Source: Tubiluchus corallicola (lineage: Eukaryota > Animalia > Priapulida). Taken from it: DNA of 31,620 nt. The first letter of the stretch is position 1. Each line of letters starts with the position of its first letter. A program made the translations under genes and the position numbers. Shown here piece by piece: positions 27,785-31,620 of the stretch. The notes beneath the pieces are model-generated. The model saw nothing but the letters and a program-made list of their open reading frames with translations, was not told the DNA's origin and searched no databases. Where the stretch lies: the NCBI GenBank assembly GCA_030141605.1, contig JAQGDQ010002446.1:1-31620 (forward strand), given 5' to 3'.

Positions 27785-29350
27785 ATGAAAAATATAAAAC
27801 TCCTCTTACTTCCTATTTTCATATTTACTACACTCTTGCAAGGATGTAAAGAAAAAACTACTCAACAGCCTAATATTATTTTTATACTTTCTGACGACCA
27901 CGCAATACAAGCCATATCATCCTATGGACATCCAATCTCTAAGCTCGCTCCTACACCTAATTTAGACCGTATTGCTGATGAAGGAATGATTTTTGAACGT
28001 GCTTTTTGCACCAATTCTATCTGCGGTCCTAGTAGAGCTGCTATACTCACAGGCACATACAGTCATAAAAATGGTTTCTACAAAAACGAAAGTGGCGTGT
28101 TCAATGGTGAACAAACTACTTTGCCTAAGGTGCTGCAAGCCAATGGATATCAAACAGCTATTTTTGGCAAATGGCACTTAGGTAGTTTGCCTACGGGATT
28201 CGATGAGTATAAAATCCTTGTAGGGCAGGGACTATACTACGACCCTATATATGTAGAAAATGGTAAGCGTGTACAAGAAACAGGCTATGTGGATGACTTG
28301 TCTGCTGACTATACAATGAAATGGATAGAAAACAGAGACAAAAGTAAACCTTTTTTTGTATGCTATCAGCCCAAAGCACCACACCGATGGTGGATACCCG
28401 CTGAAAGGAACAAAGACCTATTTAGTGATTTTGATTTTCCCCTTCCAGAAACTTTCAACGATGATTATGCTACACGACCAGCAGCTAGTGAAAATGCTAT
28501 GACTATTGCTCGTCATATGAACCGTAGAGACCACAAAGTACCTGCACCTGAAGGATTGAAAGGAAAAGAACTTCAAAAATGGCTAAGTTATGGCAGCAAT
28601 GGTGAGTTTTGGACACCTCACGATAGCCTACAAGGCGATGCTCTTGCTTATTGGAAATATCAAAGCTACATTAAAGATTACCTCCGCTGTGTGAAGGGAG
28701 TAGATGATAATATAGGCCGTATCTTAGATTTCCTTGAAGAAAAAGATTTGGCAGATAACACAATAGTAATATACACCTCTGACCAAGGTTTTTATCTGGG
28801 CGAACACGGCTGGTTTGACAAACGATGGATGTATGAAGAATCATTCGGCACACCATTTCTTATCAAATATCCTGAAAAAGTCAAACCTAAGTCCAGTTCA
28901 AAACAAATGATAATGAATATAGACTTTGCTCCTACTCTTTTGGACCTTGCAAATATAGAAATTCCGAAAGAGATGCAGGGAGCTAGCTTTAAAACTATAC
29001 TAGAAAAGGGAAAAGCAGATGAATGGCGCGATGAAGTGTACTACCATTACTACGAATACCCTTATTGGCATAGCGTTCAACCTCATTATGGTGTGAGAAC
29101 TGACCGCTATAAGTTAATTCATTTTTATTATTCTATGGACAATTGGGAGTTATTTGACCTTGAAAAAGACCCACAGGAAATGAATAATGTATACGAAAAT
29201 CCTGAATATGCCAATGTAATAAAAGAAATGAAAATAAAACTAAAAGAACTACAAAAACAATATGAAGATACTGCCAGCATAGAGGAAATGAAAAAGATAA
29301 CTGCCACAACAGGACAACATTTCAATGAAGCCCATTTTGCTACAGAATAA
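27785..29350 (+). CDS. Cys-type sulfatase, likely S1_11 glucosamine-6-O-sulfatase; lipoprotein
   Basis: SDDHA, TNSICGPSRAAILTG, KAPHR, DQGFYLGEHGWFDKRWMYEES, YYHYYEYP; lipobox LQG-C. Confidence 0.9.
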   Translation: MKNIKLLLLPIFIFTTLLQGCKEKTTQQPNIIFILSDDHAIQAISSYGHPISKLAPTPNLDRIADEGMIFERAFCTNSICGPSRAAILTGTYSHKNGFYKNESGVFNGEQTTLPKVLQANGYQTAIFGKWHLGSLPTGFDEYKILVGQGLYYDPIYVENGKRVQETGYVDDLSADYTMKWIENRDKSKPFFVCYQPKAPHRWWIPAERNKDLFSDFDFPLPETFNDDYATRPAASENAMTIARHMNRRDHKVPAPEGLKGKELQKWLSYGSNGEFWTPHDSLQGDALAYWKYQSYIKDYLRCVKGVDDNIGRILDFLEEKDLADNTIVIYTSDQGFYLGEHGWFDKRWMYEESFGTPFLIKYPEKVKPKSSSKQMIMNIDFAPTLLDLANIEIPKEMQGASFKTILEKGKADEWRDEVYYHYYEYPYWHSVQPHYGVRTDRYKLIHFYYSMDNWELFDLEKDPQEMNNVYENPEYANVIKEMKIKLKELQKQYEDTASIEEMKKITATTGQHFNEAHFATE

Positions 29351-29365
29351 AAAAATAAGAACTTT

Positions 29366-31282
29366 CTAATCTTCACTTTTCACCTTATCAAGTAATATTA
29401 GACTATCTTGTTTTGTCAATACCCCGCTGTCCAGTAACCAATTGACCACTTGTATAACCTTGTCTTCATTAAAATTTATGTGGTCTACAATAGCTTCCAA
29501 ACTTAAACCCCTATTTTCCAACAACTTTTCTACCTCTGCCTTTATTTTCTCAAAATCTTGAGTCTCAATACTTTTTTTATAGACTTTTCTACACACATCG
29601 CACTCCCCACAAGGTTTTGCAGCAGTTTCTCCAAAGTATTTTAATAAAAAGATGCTTCTACATTTAGTCGTTTGTTGTGCATATGTTAGCATATACTTCA
29701 GCCTATGCAAATAACGTTCTTTCTTATCGTGGTAACTTTCTCTTGTTATTTTCACATATTTCTTATTCTCCCTGTTTGTGAGGTAAGTTATAACATGTAT
29801 TTGTTTACGTGGTATGAACTTTATAATATGACATTTACTTAAATAAAGTAAATGTTTATATATTCTATGCTTTGAGATTTTTGTTTTCTTCGCAATAGTA
29901 TTTTCATCTATTCCCACATAATCAGAAAATATACCTGTATAAGAACGTAATATTGTTTTGATAAGTAAATCCAACTCCGAATTGCGAGTATTAAGTTTGT
30001 ATAAATCATCGCGCGACACAATAAACCATACACGCGTAGTGAATTGCACATTCTCACTAAACTCTATATAACAACAACTTTGCAATACTTTCAGACTACT
30101 ATATATAGCATTCATTTGAAGTTTAAACCTACTCGCAAACTTAAACATATCAAAACCAAACGAATGATTAGCACCTGTCCCTTCTCCAATTTGATAGAAA
30201 TTGCTTATTGCTTCATATATCCGTTTTATATAATTCGTTTCAGGGAAAGCAACTGTTGTCCTCCGTTTCTCATTAGCTATATCCATCTTGTTATAAAGTA
30301 AGACAGCATACGCCTGCTTACTATCCCTGCCTGCACGTCCTGCCTCTTGAAAATAAGCTTCTAAACAATCAGGGATGTCAAAATGCAGTACTATTCTTAC
30401 ATTAGGCTTGTCTATCCCCATTCCAAAGGCACTGGTAGAAACAATAATACGTATTTTATCCTCCTGCCATTCGTTTTGTTTCCTGTCCTTTTCCTCCGTT
30501 TCTAAACCTGCGTGATAGTAGGCTGCTTCTATTCCCTGCGATTGCAGAAACTCTGCTATTTCTCTCGTCTTGCTCCTGCTTCGCACATATATAATGCCAC
30601 TACCTTCGACCTTCGACAATATTTTCAGTAAGTAGCCATATTTATTTTCTATTTCACGAACAACATAGATAAGATTCTTACGTTCAAAACTCTTTTTTAG
30701 CAAATTCTCTGCCTTGAAAAGCATTTTTTTCTGTATATCTGTCGCTACTTCAGAGGTAGCTGTAGCTGTAAGAGCCAATACAGGCACGTCAGGTATTTGC
30801 TTTCTTATTTCTGCTATTTGTAAATAAGTGGGACGAAAATCATACCCCCATTGCGATATACAATGAGCTTCATCTACAACTAATAGATTAATCTTGAATT
30901 TTTTCAACCTATTTTGAAACAATTCTGTTTGCAATCTTTCTGGAGATAGATAGAGAAACTTGAAATTGCCGTACAAACAGTTGTCTAATTGAATAGTGAT
31001 ATCTCTATGGCTCATCCCTGAATGTACCGTAGCAGCACGTATTCCTTTTTTTTTAAGGCTCTCCACTTGGTCTTTCATCAAGGCAATAAGTGGTGTAACT
31101 ACAAGACAGATACCTTCATTGGTAAGAGAATGAATTTGAAATGTAATAGACTTACCTCCACCCGTAGGCATCAGCCCAAGTGTATCCTTACCTTGGGCTA
31201 TCTGCTGGATAATATCTAACTGCAAGGTGCGGAACTCTTCATAGCCCCAGTATCGTTTAAGTATCTTGTGATAGGTATCCAT
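29366..31282 (-). CDS. recQ: RecQ family DNA helicase, no HRDC domain evident
   Basis: MPTGGGKS, DEAHCISQWGYDFRP, LTATA, QEAGRAGRD; Zn site CRS..YFGE..CGECDVC. Confidence 0.95.
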   Translation of the reverse strand: MDTYHKILKRYWGYEEFRTLQLDIIQQIAQGKDTLGLMPTGGGKSITFQIHSLTNEGICLVVTPLIALMKDQVESLKKKGIRAATVHSGMSHRDITIQLDNCLYGNFKFLYLSPERLQTELFQNRLKKFKINLLVVDEAHCISQWGYDFRPTYLQIAEIRKQIPDVPVLALTATATSEVATDIQKKMLFKAENLLKKSFERKNLIYVVREIENKYGYLLKILSKVEGSGIIYVRSRSKTREIAEFLQSQGIEAAYYHAGLETEEKDRKQNEWQEDKIRIIVSTSAFGMGIDKPNVRIVLHFDIPDCLEAYFQEAGRAGRDSKQAYAVLLYNKMDIANEKRRTTVAFPETNYIKRIYEAISNFYQIGEGTGANHSFGFDMFKFASRFKLQMNAIYSSLKVLQSCCYIEFSENVQFTTRVWFIVSRDDLYKLNTRNSELDLLIKTILRSYTGIFSDYVGIDENTIAKKTKISKHRIYKHLLYLSKCHIIKFIPRKQIHVITYLTNRENKKYVKITRESYHDKKERYLHRLKYMLTYAQQTTKCRSIFLLKYFGETAAKPCGECDVCRKVYKKSIETQDFEKIKAEVEKLLENRGLSLEAIVDHINFNEDKVIQVVNWLLDSGVLTKQDSLILLDKVKSED

Positions 31283-31298
31283 TGATGAATAGAAAATT

Positions 31299-31306
31299 CA
31301 AATATA
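31299..31306 (-). promoter_or_regulatory. -7 element (TATATTTG) of recQ
   Basis: CAAATATA on the + strand, 17 bp upstream of the recQ ATG. Confidence 0.45.
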
Positions 31307-31506
31307 CAATATATATCTGTTCCCTTTCTTTAAACAAAACCTATTTTCTAAGTTGCACGACATTTTAGAATATTATACGACCTTAGTTACGAAGAAGTAA
31401 AAACCACAGACCCCAGCTATCTCTCTTACTCAAAAAGAACACAAAAAATCTAAGAAACTAACAGTCAATTTATAAAAATAACGCTACTATCTTAGGCATA
31501 ACTATA

Positions 31507-31620
31507 CTACCTATAAATCTGCCTTTCGTTTAAGGATTTTTGATATTTTCTTGCATTCTTCAGATGCTCGTTATAGCTCTTAGAAAAAGTGTGATAGCCT
31601 GACGAATCCTCTTTTGCACA
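31507..31620 (-). CDS. mltG: 3' end of endolytic transglycosylase MltG (partial; absent from the ORF track)
   Basis: Manual translation gives [37 protein letters not shown], the typical Bacteroidota MltG C-terminus. Confidence 0.85.
   Translation of the reverse strand, partial: CAKEDSSGYHTFSKSYNEHLKNARKYQKSLNERQIYR

Noticed and set aside
29366-31282. RecQ as part of a defence system
   Set aside because: It has ordinary Bacteroidota housekeeping architecture, lies next to mltG and has no defence partners

Overview
AT-rich Bacteroidota genomic DNA, judged from TAnnTTTG promoters, a type IX secretion C-terminal domain and a hybrid two-component system (HTCS). Most of the window is a glycosaminoglycan (GAG) degradation locus covering both heparan/heparin and chondroitin/dermatan. 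It holds two GH88 hydrolases, PL12 and PL15-like heparinases, two paralogous PL8 chondroitin-ABC-type lyases (one with a T9SS signal), two Cys-type sulfatases and an HTCS. No SusC/SusD pair is present in the window. Two uncharacterised exported proteins are the best novelty candidates: a small, very basic jelly-roll protein with heparin-binding-like motifs, and an acidic six-module lamin-tail-like surface lipoprotein that contains a near-identical 562-bp duplication and a 1-bp frameshift. An orphan-asnC-asnB block with reversed GC skew interrupts the locus. recQ and the 3' end of mltG close the window. All family calls come from recognising motifs by eye, not from database searches.
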